From NCBI RefSeq assembly GCF_023055435.1, contig NW_025964372.1:9610001-9674000 (forward strand): DNA of 64,000 nucleotides, given 5' to 3'. Shown piece by piece: positions 40,801-53,364 of this stretch. A model generated the notes under the pieces. That model was not told the DNA's origin and ran no database searches. It saw only the letters and a list, made by a program, of their open reading frames with translations. The translations under genes and the position numbers were made by a program. How positions within the stretch are numbered: position 1 is the first letter of the stretch; the number at the start of each line of letters is the position of its first letter. This stretch comes from Haliotis rufescens (taxonomy: Eukaryota).

Positions 40801-42782
40801 GAGTGAGGTGGTATTGAGAGAATAGACAGTGAGGGAGATGATATTGAGAGAAGTGCTACTGAGAGAGTAGACAGTGATGGAGGTGATATTGAGAGAGGTG
40901 ATACTGAGAGAGCAGACAGTGAGGGAGGTGATATTAAGAGAGGTGATATTGAGAGATTAGACAGGGAGTGAGGTAATATTAAGAGAGGTTATATTAAGAG
41001 AGGTTATATTGAGAGAAGTGATATTAAGAGTGGTGATACAAAGATGAGGTACTGAGAGAGGTGATTTTGAGAGGTGATATTTAGAGTTGTGATACTGAAA
41101 GATGTGGTACTGAGCGAGTAGATACTGAGAGAGGTGATATTGAGAGAGGTTATATTGAGAGAGTAGACAGTGAGGGAGGTGATATTGAGAGAGTAGACAG
41201 TGAAGGAGGTGATATTGAGAGAGTAGACTGTGAGGGAGGTGAGAGGTGATATTGAGTGAGTAGACACTAAGAGAGGTGATATTGAAAGTGTAGACATGGA
41301 GAGAGGTGATATTAAGAGAGGTGATATTGAGAAAGTAGACAGTGAGGGAGGTGATATTAAGAGAGGTGATATTGAGATAGTAAACAGGGAGTGAGGTGAT
41401 ATTAAGAGAGGTGATATTGAGAGAAGTGATATTTAGAGTGGTGATACAAAGATGAGGTACGGAGGGAAGTGATTTTGAGAGGTGATACTGAAAGAGTAGA
41501 CAGGGAGTGAGGTGATATTAAGAGAAGTGATATTGAGAGAAGTGATATTGAGAAAGGGGATATTTAGAGTGGTGATACTGAAAGATGTGGTACTGAGAGA
41601 GTAGATACTGAGAGAGGTGATATTGAGAGAGGTTATATTGAGAGAGTAGACAGTGGGAGCGGTGATATTGAGAGAGTAGACAGTGAGGGAGGGTTACACT
41701 GAGAGGGGTGACATTGATAAAGTAGACAGTGAGGGAGGTGATATTGAGAGATTAGACAGTGAGGTAGGTGATATTAAGAGAGTAGACAGTGAGGGAGGTG
41801 ATATTGAGAGCGTAGACTGTGAGGGAGGTGATATTGAGAGTAGACAGTGAGAGCGCAGATATTGAGAAAGTAGACAGTGAGGAGGGTGACACTGAGAGAG
41901 GTGATATTGAAAGTGTAGACAGTGAGAGAGGTGATATTAAGAGAGGTGATATTGAGAAAGTAGACAGTGAGGGAGGTGATACTGAGACAATAGACAGTGA
42001 GGGAGGTGATATTGAGAGAGTAGACGGTGAGGGAGGTGATATTGAGAGAGGTGATACTGAGAGAGTAGACAGCGAGGGAGGTGATATTGAGAGGGTAGAC
42101 AGGGAGGGAGGTGATATTGAGAGAGGTGATATTGAGAGAGTAGACAGTGAGTGAGGTGATATTGAGAGAGGTGATATTGAGAGAGTAGACAGTGAGGGAG
42201 GTGATATTAAGGGAGGTGATATTGAGAGAGTACACAGTGAGGTAGGTGATATTAAGGGAGGTGATATTGAGAGAGTACACAGTGAGGGAGGTGATATTAA
42301 GGGAGGTGATATTGAGAGAGTAGACAGTAAAGGGAGGTGATATTAAGGGAGGTGATATTGAGAGAGTAGACAGTGAGAGAGGTGATATTGAGAGAGTAGA
42401 CGGTGAGGAAGGTGATATTGAGAGAGGTGATACTGAGACAGTAGACAGTAAGGGAGGTGATATTAAGAGAGGTGATATTGAGAGAGTAGACAGTGAATGG
42501 GTTGATATTGAGAGAGTAGACAGTGAGGGAGGTGATATTAAGGGAGGTGATATTAAGGGAGTAGACAGTAAGGGAGGTGATATTAAGGGAGGTGATATTG
42601 AGAGAGTAGACAGTGAATGGGTTGATATTGAGAGAGTAGACAGTAAGGGAGGTGATATTAAGGGAGGTGATATTGAGAGAGTACACAGTGAGGGAGGTGA
42701 TATTAAGGTAGGTGATATTGAGACAGGTGACACTGAGAGAGGTGACACTGAGAGACGTGATATACAAGTAGATTCTACCCAC

Positions 42783-42916
42783 TGTTCACGTCAATATGTA
42801 CAGCCCAGGGTCCAAGATCGCACTTATGCAGCTTGATGACAGTCTCCACACCTTTGCCGTCATACTTCATTCGTTTTATTTGCTTTTCGACGATCCACTC
42901 GGCCCAGTATACAAGT
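42783..42916 (-). CDS. Exon of the Sushi + YWTD-like gene (G-LVYWAEWIVEKQIKRMKYDGKGVETVI...WAVHIDVN)
   Basis: Acceptor gttttgcag, donor gtgggt; phase 2 to 1; LDLR class B-like xYWxxW...I.R...DG motif. Confidence 0.82.
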
Positions 42917-43671
42917 CTGCAAAACATGTTTTTGATCATTGTTTTGAGTGGGCTCAACTGAAACGTCACAGTATATTCACTGACAGTAACCCGCAGGACA
43001 TACAATTACGGTTAAACGTATGCCTCCGTATCATCCATCACCTCGGGATGGTCTCCGCGAAGGATGACCCTCGCCGGCCAACATACGGAATACTTACTGG
43101 AGAATTGACTGTAAGAGAACGTGGTACACAAATGTTGTGTTTGATGTCATCGTATTGTTTAAGCAGGTAAACGAAAATGAGTCACTTGCACCAACTCATG
43201 CCTACCCTCAAATGTCATTCTCTCAGGTACTGCACGTACTTCGACTTGCGAGTACATTTACAACCATACACTTCGACAATATGACTGGTTATGGATTAAA
43301 CGATTTACACAATCTTCCAATTATGATGATCTAATGGGGGTAGCGTGTAGCCGTGCGTCTTCATCCTGTTGTCGGCTCCGCGGTGAGAGACTTTCCTGTC
43401 GTTTTGGCTTCCCAGTATACCTTACTGCTGTTAGGTGCATGGAAAGATGTGGTGTGAATGTGTAGCAGGGCGTGGAGTCGTCCCACAGCTTGCTGAAGGG
43501 GTTTTCCTGTTTGGTCATGAGAACAAGGCGTCCGACCTCGGATCAGAAGATCCATGGTTTGAATTACATACCAAATGATATCAAGAGGATTTGGAAAGTT
43601 TATCTTTCATGAATAAATAAATATTCAACAACTGTTTTAAGGAGCTGTCAACGTGAGACTCAACGTAACTA

Positions 43672-46170
43672 ACGAACTACCTGCAAGCAATGGACAATCT
43701 TCAAACACTAGACAACCTGCAAGCAATGGACCACCTTCAAACACTAGACCACCTCCAACCAATGGACCACCTTCAAACAATAGACTACCTGCAAGCAATG
43801 GACCACCTTCAAACGATAGACTACCTGCAAGCAATGGACCACCTTCAAACACTAGACAACCTGCAAGCAATGGACCACCTTCAAACACTAGACCACCTGC
43901 AAGCAATGGACCACCTTCAAACACTAGACAACCTGCAAGCAATGGACCACCTTCAAACACTAGACCACCTCCAAGCAATGGACCACCTTCAAACAATAGA
44001 CTACCTGCAAGCAATGGACCACCTTCAAACGATAGACTACCTGCAAGCAATGGACCACCTTCAAACACTAGACAACCTGCAAGCAATGGACCACCTTCAA
44101 ACACTAGACCACCTCCAAGCAATGGACCACCTTCAAACACTAGACAACCTGCAAGCAATGGACCACCTTCAAACACTAGACCACCTCCAAGCAATGGGCC
44201 ACCTTCAAACACTAGACCACCTCCAAGCAATGGACCACCTTCAAACACTAGACAACCTGCAAGCAATGGACCACCTTCAAACACTAGACTACCTCCAAGC
44301 AATGGACCACCTTCAAACACAAGACAACCTGCAAGCAATGGACCACCTTCAAACAATAAACCATCTCCAAGCAATGGACCACCTTCAAACACTAGACTAC
44401 CTCCAAGTAATGGACCACCTTCAAACACTAGATCATCTCCAACCAATGGACCAGCTTCAAACACTAGACTACCTGCAAGCAATGGACCACCTTCAAACAC
44501 TGGACTACCTGCAAGCAATGGACCACCTTCAAACACTAGACTACCTGCAAGCAATGGACCACCTTCAAACACTAGACAACCCGCTAGCAATGGACCACCT
44601 TCAAACACTAGACCACCTCCAACCAATGGACCAGCTTCAAACACTAGACTACCTGCAAGCAATGGACCACCTTCAAACACTGGACTACCTGCAAGCAATG
44701 GACCACCTTCAAACACTAGACTACCTGCAAGCAATGGACCACCTTCAAACGCTGGACTACCTGCAAGCAATGGACCACCTTCAAACACTAGACAACCTGC
44801 AAGCAATGGACCACCTTCAAACACTAGACAACCTGCAAGCAATGGACCACCTTCAAACACTAGACCACCTCATAGCAATGGACCACCTTCAAACACTAGA
44901 CCACCTCCAAGCAATGGACCACCTTCAAACACTAGACAACCTGCAAGCAATGGACCACCTTCAAACACTAGACTACCTGCAAGCAATGGACCAACTTCAA
45001 ACACTAGACTACCTCCAAGCAATGGACCACCTTCAAACACTAGACTACCTCCAAGCAATGGACCACCTTCAAACACTAGACAACCTGCAAGCAATGGACC
45101 ACCTTCAAACACTAGACCACCTCCAAGCAATGGACCACCTTCAAACACTAGACCACCTCCAAGCAATGGACCACCTTCAAACACTAGACCACCTGCAAGC
45201 AATGGACCACCTTCAAACACTAGACTACCTGCAAGCAATGGACCAACTTCAAACACTAGACTACCTCCAAGCAATGGACCACCTTCAAACACTAGACAAC
45301 CTGCAAGCAATGGACCACCTTCAAACACTAGACCATCTCCAAGCAATGGACCACCTTCAAACACTAGACTACCTCCAAGCAATGGACCACCTTCAAACAC
45401 TAGATCATCTCCAACCAATGGACCAGCTTCAAACACTAGACTACCTGCAAGCAATGGACCACCTTCAAACACTGGACTACCTGCAAGCAATGGACCACCT
45501 TCAAACACTGGACTACATGCAAGCAATGGACCACCTTCAAACACTAGACAACCCGCTAGCAATGGACCACCTTCAAACACTAGATCATCTCCAACCAATG
45601 GACCAGCTTCAAACACTAGACTACCTGCAAGCAATGGACCACCTTCAAACACTGGACTACCTGCAAGCAATGGACCACCTTCAAACAATAGACTACCTGC
45701 AAGCAATGGACCACCTTCAAACGCTGGACTACCTGCAAGCAATGGACCACCTTCAAACACTAGACAACCTGCAAGCAATGGACCACCTTCAAACACTAGA
45801 CTACCTGCAAGCAATGGACCACCTTCAAACACTAGACCACCTCCAACCAATGGACCACCTTCAAACAATAGACTACCTGCAAGCAATGGACCACCTTCAA
45901 ACACTAGACTACCTGCAAGCAATGGACCACCTTCAAACACTAGACAACCTGCAAACAATTGACCACCTTCAAACACTAGACCACCTGCAAGCAATGGACC
46001 ACCTTCAAACATTGGACCACCTGCAAGCAATGGACCACCTTCAAACACTTGACCACCTGCAAGCAATGGACCACCTTCAAGCACTAGACCACCTCCAAGC
46101 AATGGACCACCTTCAAACACTAGACTACCTGCAAGCAATGGACCACCTTCAAACACTAGACAACATGCAA
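43672..46170. repeat. 36-bp minisatellite (dimer of two diverged 18-mers), intronic
   Basis: ggaccaccttcaaacact + agactacctgcaagcaat; the unit is a multiple of 3, which explains the long ORFs. Confidence 0.95.
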
Positions 46171-47835
46171 CTATCTGGACTAGTGGACTACCTTCAAGTA
46201 GTGGACTACCTTCAAGCACTGGACTATCTTCAAGTACTGGACTACCTTCAAGCACTGGGCTATCTTCAAGTACTGGACTATCTTCAAGTTGTGGATTACC
46301 TTCAACTATCTTTAAGAGGTGGACTATGCACTATGCATGCAACTATGGACTATGCATGCAACTATCTGGACTAGTGGACTACCTTCAAGTAGTGGACTAC
46401 CTTCAAGCACTGGACTATCTTCAAGTACTGGACTTCTTCAAGGACTGGACTATCGTCAAGCACTGGACTATCTCCAAGACCTGGACTATCTTCAAGACCT
46501 GGACTATCTTCAAGCACTGGACTACCTTCAAACGCAACGGGGCTATCTTCAAACACCGGACTGCATTTAAGCACTGGACTACATTCACGCATTGGGCAAT
46601 CTTCAAGCACTGGACCATTTTCAAGCACTGGACCACCGTCAATCATTAGACTATCTTCAAGCACTGGACCACATTCAAGCACTGGACCACATTCAAGCAC
46701 TGGGTATCGGTACTAGAGGATGTTCTATCGGACATTGATGTTTGTTTGTTTAACGCCGCACTCACCAATATTCCAGGCATGTGCCGGCGGTCTGTAAATA
46801 ATCGAGCCTGGGTCTCATGTTGAGCACAGTTTTATGTTACAGTATTATGTTACAGTTTGAGTATATAAAATATGTGTATAACAAAACCGATCTTCACTAA
46901 TCCCCATAGTTTCAACTATTCAACCTGTAGGCTATATCAAACTCAACCAACAGCACACCATCTATCACTAGCCCTATTACGAAAGAGTTCGAGTTGTTTT
47001 TCCCCCACCTTGTCAAATTTTGAAACGTACAGGTATCGAATCTACCTTCGAAAATCTTAAATTTAAAGTAGAGAAGTGTTACCTCCAAAACAATTTTGCT
47101 TTTTCCAGACCAGTTTTAGTCTACACGAAGTCGTATTGCTCTTGAACAGACTAGCATTGAGGGAAGGATGGCGGCTATCTGCTGGATACCGCCTTAGTTC
47201 ATGTTGCTGGAAGCAGCCTAGAGCCATACTCACTGACATGCCCATTACTATTGACCATCTTCAAGCACTGGACTATCTCCAAGAGGTGGACTATCTTCAA
47301 GCACTGGCCTATCTTCAAGAGGTGGACTATCTTCAAGCACTGGCCTATCTTCAAGAGGTGGACTATCTTCAAGCACTGGCCTATCTTCAAGAGGTGGACT
47401 ACCTTCAAGCACTGGCCTATCTTCAAGAGGTGGACTATCTTCAAGCACTGGGCTATCTTCAAGAGGTGGACTATCTTCAAACACTGGCCTATCTTCAAGA
47501 GGTGGACTATCTTCAAGGGGTGGACTATCTTCAAGAGTGGACTATCTTCAAGTACTGGACTACTTTCAAGCACTGGACTGTCTTCGAGCAGTAGAATACA
47601 TTCAATTAGTGGACTTTCTTCAAGTAATGGACTACCTTCAAGTACTGGACTATCTGCAAGCAGTGGACTACATTCAAGTAGTGGACTACCTTCAATCACT
47701 GGACTGTCTTCAAGCACTGGACTACCTTCAAGCACTGGACTACATTCAAGCACTGGACTACCCTCAAACACTGGACTACCTTCAAGTTGTTGACTACCTT
47801 CACGCACTGGACTATCTTCAAACGCTACTTGACTA
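46171..47835. repeat. 18-bp minisatellite (ggactaccttcaagcact) interrupted by unique/SINE-tail sequence at ~46700-47250
   Basis: Direct periodicity; monomer form of the adjacent 36-bp array. Confidence 0.9.
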
Positions 47836-48023
47836 CCTCTTTGTTGTTTTTTAGCTGAAGATCATCTCTTTTATACCCAATGTATTCATGGAAACACTTA
47901 CTGTGACTTTGCTGACTTATTTGCTGTTATTATCTACTGATTTGCAACGGTTAATACAGTATATAGCTACATTCTGCATGCTATCAATGCATTGCAGATC
48001 TCCAGGCAGTAGGATATACTTAC

Positions 48024-48183
48024 CCTGACTTGATATCGATCTCTAAGGCAAGGGGTGTATCCACTACATTAAGGGTTTGTTTCTGACCACCAATTTCAAG
48101 TTTCATCAGTTTTGTTTTGTCCCCTCGAATAGCGTAGAACACAAGCTTCTTTTGTCCATCAACGCGAACAAACCCCCCGATGC
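48024..48183 (-). CDS. Exon of the Sushi + YWTD-like gene (G-IGGFVRVDGQKKLVFYAIRG...PLALEIDIKSG)
   Basis: Acceptor tgctttatag, donor gtaagt; phase 1 to 2; P.AL.ID propeller-blade motif. Confidence 0.8.
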
Positions 48184-48339
48184 CTATAAAGCAAGAACAC
48201 ATACAGTATGGAAATCATTTCACATATATATTCTGTGATACACTCAATCAGATGCACCTGTAATCCTTATGAAGTCACGGAGATCGTGTATATCTTAACA
48301 TGCAGTGTAAGCCGTGGTAATTTAGATAATTTACCCCTG

Positions 48340-51300
48340 CACTAACTTCTAAATACTGCCATTAACCCCACCCACCCCACCTCTATTAATGTCTACACAC
48401 TAGTATGTATTCCCCCTCCACTAACATCTACATACTGCTTTGTATTCATCCTTGTATTAACGCCTACACGCTGCAAAATATTTCCCCTGTATTAACAAAC
48501 TACACACTGCTATGTAATTCCCCTCAATAAACATACTACACAATGCAATGTATTCCCCATTGTATTAACGTACTACACTCTGCTATGTGTCCTACCCCTT
48601 TTAACGTACTAATCACTGTTATGTTTTCCTCCCTATATTAACGTACTATACATTGCTAATGTATTCCTCAATGCATTAATGTACTATACGTTGCCATGTA
48701 TTCCCCCTGTATTAACGTACAACACACTATTATGTATTCCCCCCTGTATTAACGTTTTACATACTGCTATGTATTCCCCCCTGTATAAACGTACAACACA
48801 CTATGTACTTCCCACTGTATTAACGTACAACACACTACTATGTATTCCCACTGTATTAACGTACAACACCCTACTATGTATTTCCCCCTGTATTAACGTT
48901 TTACGTACTCCTATGTATTCCCCCCTGTATTAACGTTTTGCATACTGCTATGTTTTCCCCCCTGTATTAACGTACAACACACTATGTACTTCCAACTGTA
49001 TTAACGTACAACACACTACTATGTTTTTTCCCCTGTATTAACGTACAACACACTATGCACTCCCCACTGTATTAACGTACAACACACTACTATGTATTTC
49101 CCCCTGTATTAACGTACAACACACTATGTATTCCCCCCTGTATTAACGTACAACACACTACTATGTATTTCTCCCTGTTTTAACGTTTAACATACTGCTA
49201 TGTATTCCCCCCTGTATTAACGGACAACACACTATGCACTTCCCACTGTATTAACGTACAACACACTATGTAATTCCCACTGTATTAACGTACAACACAC
49301 TACTATGTATTTACCCCTGTATTAACGTACAACACACTAGTATGTATTCCCCCCTGTATTAACGTACAAAACACTACTATGTATTCCCCCCTGTATTAAC
49401 GTTTTACATACTGCTATGTATTCCCCCCTGTATTAACGTACAACACACTATGTACTTCCCACTGTATTAACGTACAACACACTACTATGTATTTCTCCTG
49501 TATTAACGTACAACACACTACTATGTTTTCCCCCCTTTATTAACGTTTTACATACTGCTATGTATTCCCCCCTGTATTAACGTACAACACACTATGTATT
49601 CCCACTGTATTAACGTACAACACACTATGTACTTCCCACTGTATTAACGTACAACACACTACTATGTATTTCCCCTGTATTTACGTACAACACACTACTA
49701 TGTATTCCCCTCTGTATTAACGTTTTACATACTGCTATGTATTCCTCCCTGTATAAACGTACAACACACTATGTACTTCCCACTGTATTAACGTACAACA
49801 CACTACTATGTATTTCCCCTGTATTTACGTACAACACACTACTATGTATCCCCCCCTGTATTAACGTTTTACATACTGCTATGTATTCCCCCCTTTATTA
49901 ACGTTTTACATACTGCTATGTATTCCCCCCTGTATTAACGTGTACAACACACTATGTATTCCCACTGTATTAACGTACAAAACACTATGCACTTCCCACT
50001 GTATTAACGTACAACACACTACTATGTATTTCCCCCTGTATTAACGTTTTACATACTGCTATGTATTCCTCCCTGTATAAACGTACAACACACTATGTAC
50101 TTCCAACTGTATTAACGTACAACACACTACTATGTATTCCCCCCAGTATTAACGTTTTACATACTGCTATGTTTTCCTACCTGTATAAACGTACAACACA
50201 CTATGTACTTCCAACTGTATTAACGTACAACACACTACTATGTATTTCCCCTGTATTTACGTACAACACACTACTATGTATTCCCCCCTGTATTAACGTT
50301 TTACATACTGCTATGTATTCCCCCCTGTATTAACGTACAACACACTATGTATTCCCACTGTATTAACGTACAAAACACTATGCACTTCCCACTGTATTAA
50401 CGTACAACACACTACTATGTATTTCCCCCTGTATTAACGTTTTACATACTGCTATGTATTCCTCCCTGTATAAACGTACAACACACTATGTACTTCCAAC
50501 TGTATTAACGTACAACACACTACTATGTATTCCCCCCTGTATTAACGTTTTACATACTGCTATGTTTTCCTCCCTGTATAAACGTACAACACACTATGTA
50601 CTTCCCACTGTATTAACGTACAACACACTATGTATTTCCCACTGTATAAACGTACAACACACTACTATGTATTTCCCCCTGTATTAACGTACAACACACT
50701 AGTATGTATTCCCCCCTTTATTAACGTTTTACATACTGCTATGTATTCCCCCCTGTATTAACGTACGACACACTATGTACTTCCCACTGTATTAACGTAC
50801 AACACACTACTATGTATTCCCCAATGTATTAACGTACAACACACTATGTACTTGTCACTGTATTAACGTACAACACACTGCTATGTATTCCCCACTGTAC
50901 TAACGTACAACGCACTATGTATTCGCCAGTGTATTAACGTACAACACACTGCTATGTATTCCTCCCTGTATAAACGTACAACACACTATGTACTTCCCAC
51001 TGTATTAACGTACAACACACTACTATGTATTTCCCCCTGTATTAACGTACAACACACTATTATGTATTCCCCCCTTTATTAACGTTTTACATACTGCTAT
51101 GTATTCCCCCCCTGTATTAACGTACGACACACTATGTACTTCCCACTGTATTAACGTACAACACACTACTATGTATTCCCCAATGTATTAACGTACAACA
51201 CACTATGTACTTGTCACTGTATTAACGTACAACACACTGCTATGTATTCCCCACTGTACTAACGTACAACGCACTATGTATTCGCCAGTGTATTAACGTA

Positions 51301-51420
51301 CAACACACTGCTATGTATTCCCCACTGTATTAACGTACTACACGCTGCTATGTATTGTTCACGTATTAACGTACTACACGCTGCTATGTATTGTTCACGT
51401 ATTAACGTACTACACAATGC
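48340..51420. repeat. 33-37-bp minisatellite (tgtattaacgtacaacacactactatgtattcccccc), intronic
   Basis: Direct periodicity; ~359-bp duplicated block near its right end. Confidence 0.94.
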
Positions 51421-51689
51421 TGTGTATTGTCTCTGTGTTCACGCCCGAGCTTACATTGTCAGTCAAGACCTCGGAGGCGGTTTTCATCCTTTACGGAAAT
51501 CTGCTTCCTTGTTGTCTTCTTAGTTCAATTGCAGCCTGTATACATGGACATTTACTTCACACAAACTGTTAAAGGTGTATCATACAGCTTTCGTAGTTAG
51601 GCTCAGACCATTTCATCCACCAATCGTACACTACATGACGACATCTATTAACAAAGTGATTGTATCATGTGTGTCGATTACTATGTTAC

Positions 51690-51911
51690 CTTTACTGTTG
51701 ACAATGTTTTCTGGGGTTGTGTCTGTAAGTTTTGCGGCCCGAATCGCATTTTCCTCCGCCCAGAAGAGTTTTTCCAAATGGGGACAGTAGTCAACGTCCT
51801 GTATGCTCTTTGAACTGTTAATGAGCAGCACCTCTGTCTCCCTGGAGCGGACGTTTATCATGTGGAACTGTCGTGTTTCCTTCACGGCAACCAGGACATG
51901 AGGTAATTTTT
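51690..51911 (-). CDS. Exon of the Sushi + YWTD-like gene (E-KLPHVLVAV...DVDYCPHLEKLFWAEENAIRAAKL)
   Basis: Acceptor ttgttctgtag, donor gtaaca; phase 1-1; LDLR class B-like DY.....KLFW motif. Confidence 0.82.
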
Positions 51912-52014
51912 CTACAGAACAAAATTTCTCAATAACACATATGAGCTAGCTAGAAGCAAGAAGCAGAAACTGTGATTATCTTCAGAAAGGCAAATGAGTG
52001 TTTGTTCATACACT

Positions 52015-52170
52015 AGCCCCCGTCCACACCCTCACACACACCCTCACACCCCGACACTGACCCACACCCACACACCCTACCACTCCCACACCCACTCCAC
52101 CTACCCCCCACCTACCCTCACAATCCACCACACACATCCTCACACCCACACCCACCACACACACACACAG
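52015..52170. repeat. CA/C-rich low-complexity tract
   Basis: Imperfect (CA)n/(CACC)n. Confidence 0.85.
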
Positions 52171-52291
52171 TTTTATTAACTGATGTAGGTCTGAATCACA
52201 ATTTGTTTCACATTTGTATCCATAAACCCTGCTAATTCATCCTAGAAATGTGTATTGCCCCTATTATCACATATTGGTATGCGAATGGTAC

Positions 52292-52465
52292 CTGTGCATT
52301 CTAATGACACATTGAACCATGTTCCGTCCTTGCCGCAGATTGCCTTGCTGTTGCCGCTTGCCGTGAATCCCCCCTCACACTTGAGCTGCATCGTGTCCCC
52401 ACTGTACCACGGCCCCTGTCCCTCAGCCACGGCGTGCTGCACATCGGGCAGACGCACACACTGCA
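52292..52465 (-). CDS. Sushi/CCP domain exon (VQCVRLPDVQHAV...GDTMQLKCEGGF...AICGKDGTWFNVSLECT)
   Basis: Four Cys plus conserved G, F and W spacing of CCP modules; symmetric phase 1-1 exon with ccag acceptor and gtacca donor. Confidence 0.88.
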
Positions 52466-52585
52466 CTGGAATGCCACACAAGAATATACCTGATCAACTG
52501 GATCAGTTCCCAGCCTCGTATACCAACATCCGTGACAGTTCTAGCAATATAAGAATATCAGCTGTAGGTACAGACCAAAGGTCCC

Positions 52586-53120
52586 CAGCTTCCCGAGGCA
52601 AGAGACTTATCTGACTTTAAAAGTCCAGTTTCCTCCCTTGCCGAACTAGGCTGGTATTAAAGAGTTAGATTTTGGTTGGAATAACGAGTCTATGCATAGG
52701 CCAATCAAAATCGCGCAATGAAATCGAAATTCTGTTCAAAAGTGTCATGCAGATTTAGGTCGATTGCAGGATTTGCACAGCATGTGCACTGCCAATTCGG
52801 ATATTTTTGCAAATCTTTTCATGTTTTTAGTCAAGTTGCCCACGTGATTTGATGCACTTCGCCATGTAAGATCCGTTTTATCACAATATAGATCTAGATA
52901 ATCGAACAGATCGTCTTGTCTGGGCGCCGCCATTTTGTTTGAAGCAAATGCAAGTGATACGAGAGCTGGAATCTGATTGGTCCATAGGAGAGGCATAGAA
53001 GGGACATAACCCGTAATAGCCACTGGTGGCGCTACGATCGAGCCAAGGAATTCCAGCCTAGTTCGGCAAGGATGGAAACTGGACTTTTAAAGTCAGTTAA
53101 CTCTCTTGCCTCTGGATATG
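52586..53120 (-). mobile_element. hAT-like MITE copy 2 with 8-bp TSD AAGGTCCC
   Basis: TSD at 52578-52585 and 53121-53128; interior is the reverse complement of 31633-32162. Confidence 0.82.
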
Positions 53121-53364
53121 AAGGTCCCCCAAACCCTTCCTCAGTCATAAATACATCAGGCAGAAATACGAATAGTCCGAGAGTTTGGGAATGCTGATAA
53201 ACACAGGCCTAATTCTTAAAAATTCCAAACAGACAAACTGGAGAACCATACATATGATGTCGGTCAAACAATACATGATTTCCCAACACACGTGTTCATT
53301 TGTTCATTTGAAAGAGGGGATTGTTTGTTGGATTATCAATATACAGGTGTAACGCATCATATTA

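Larger units (their letters stand above)
33812..42762. repeat. 9-kb purine-rich compound minisatellite of 15-bp modules (gagagaggtgatatt / gagagagtagacagt), intronic
   Basis: Direct periodicity; interrupted by two SINEs; ~3.1-kb internal duplication. Confidence 0.95.

Noticed and set aside
33774-42782. Mucin-like (NITSL)n glycoprotein ORFs
   Set aside because: They arise from 15-bp modules, shift frame repeatedly, are interrupted by SINEs and lie within a phase-consistent intron.
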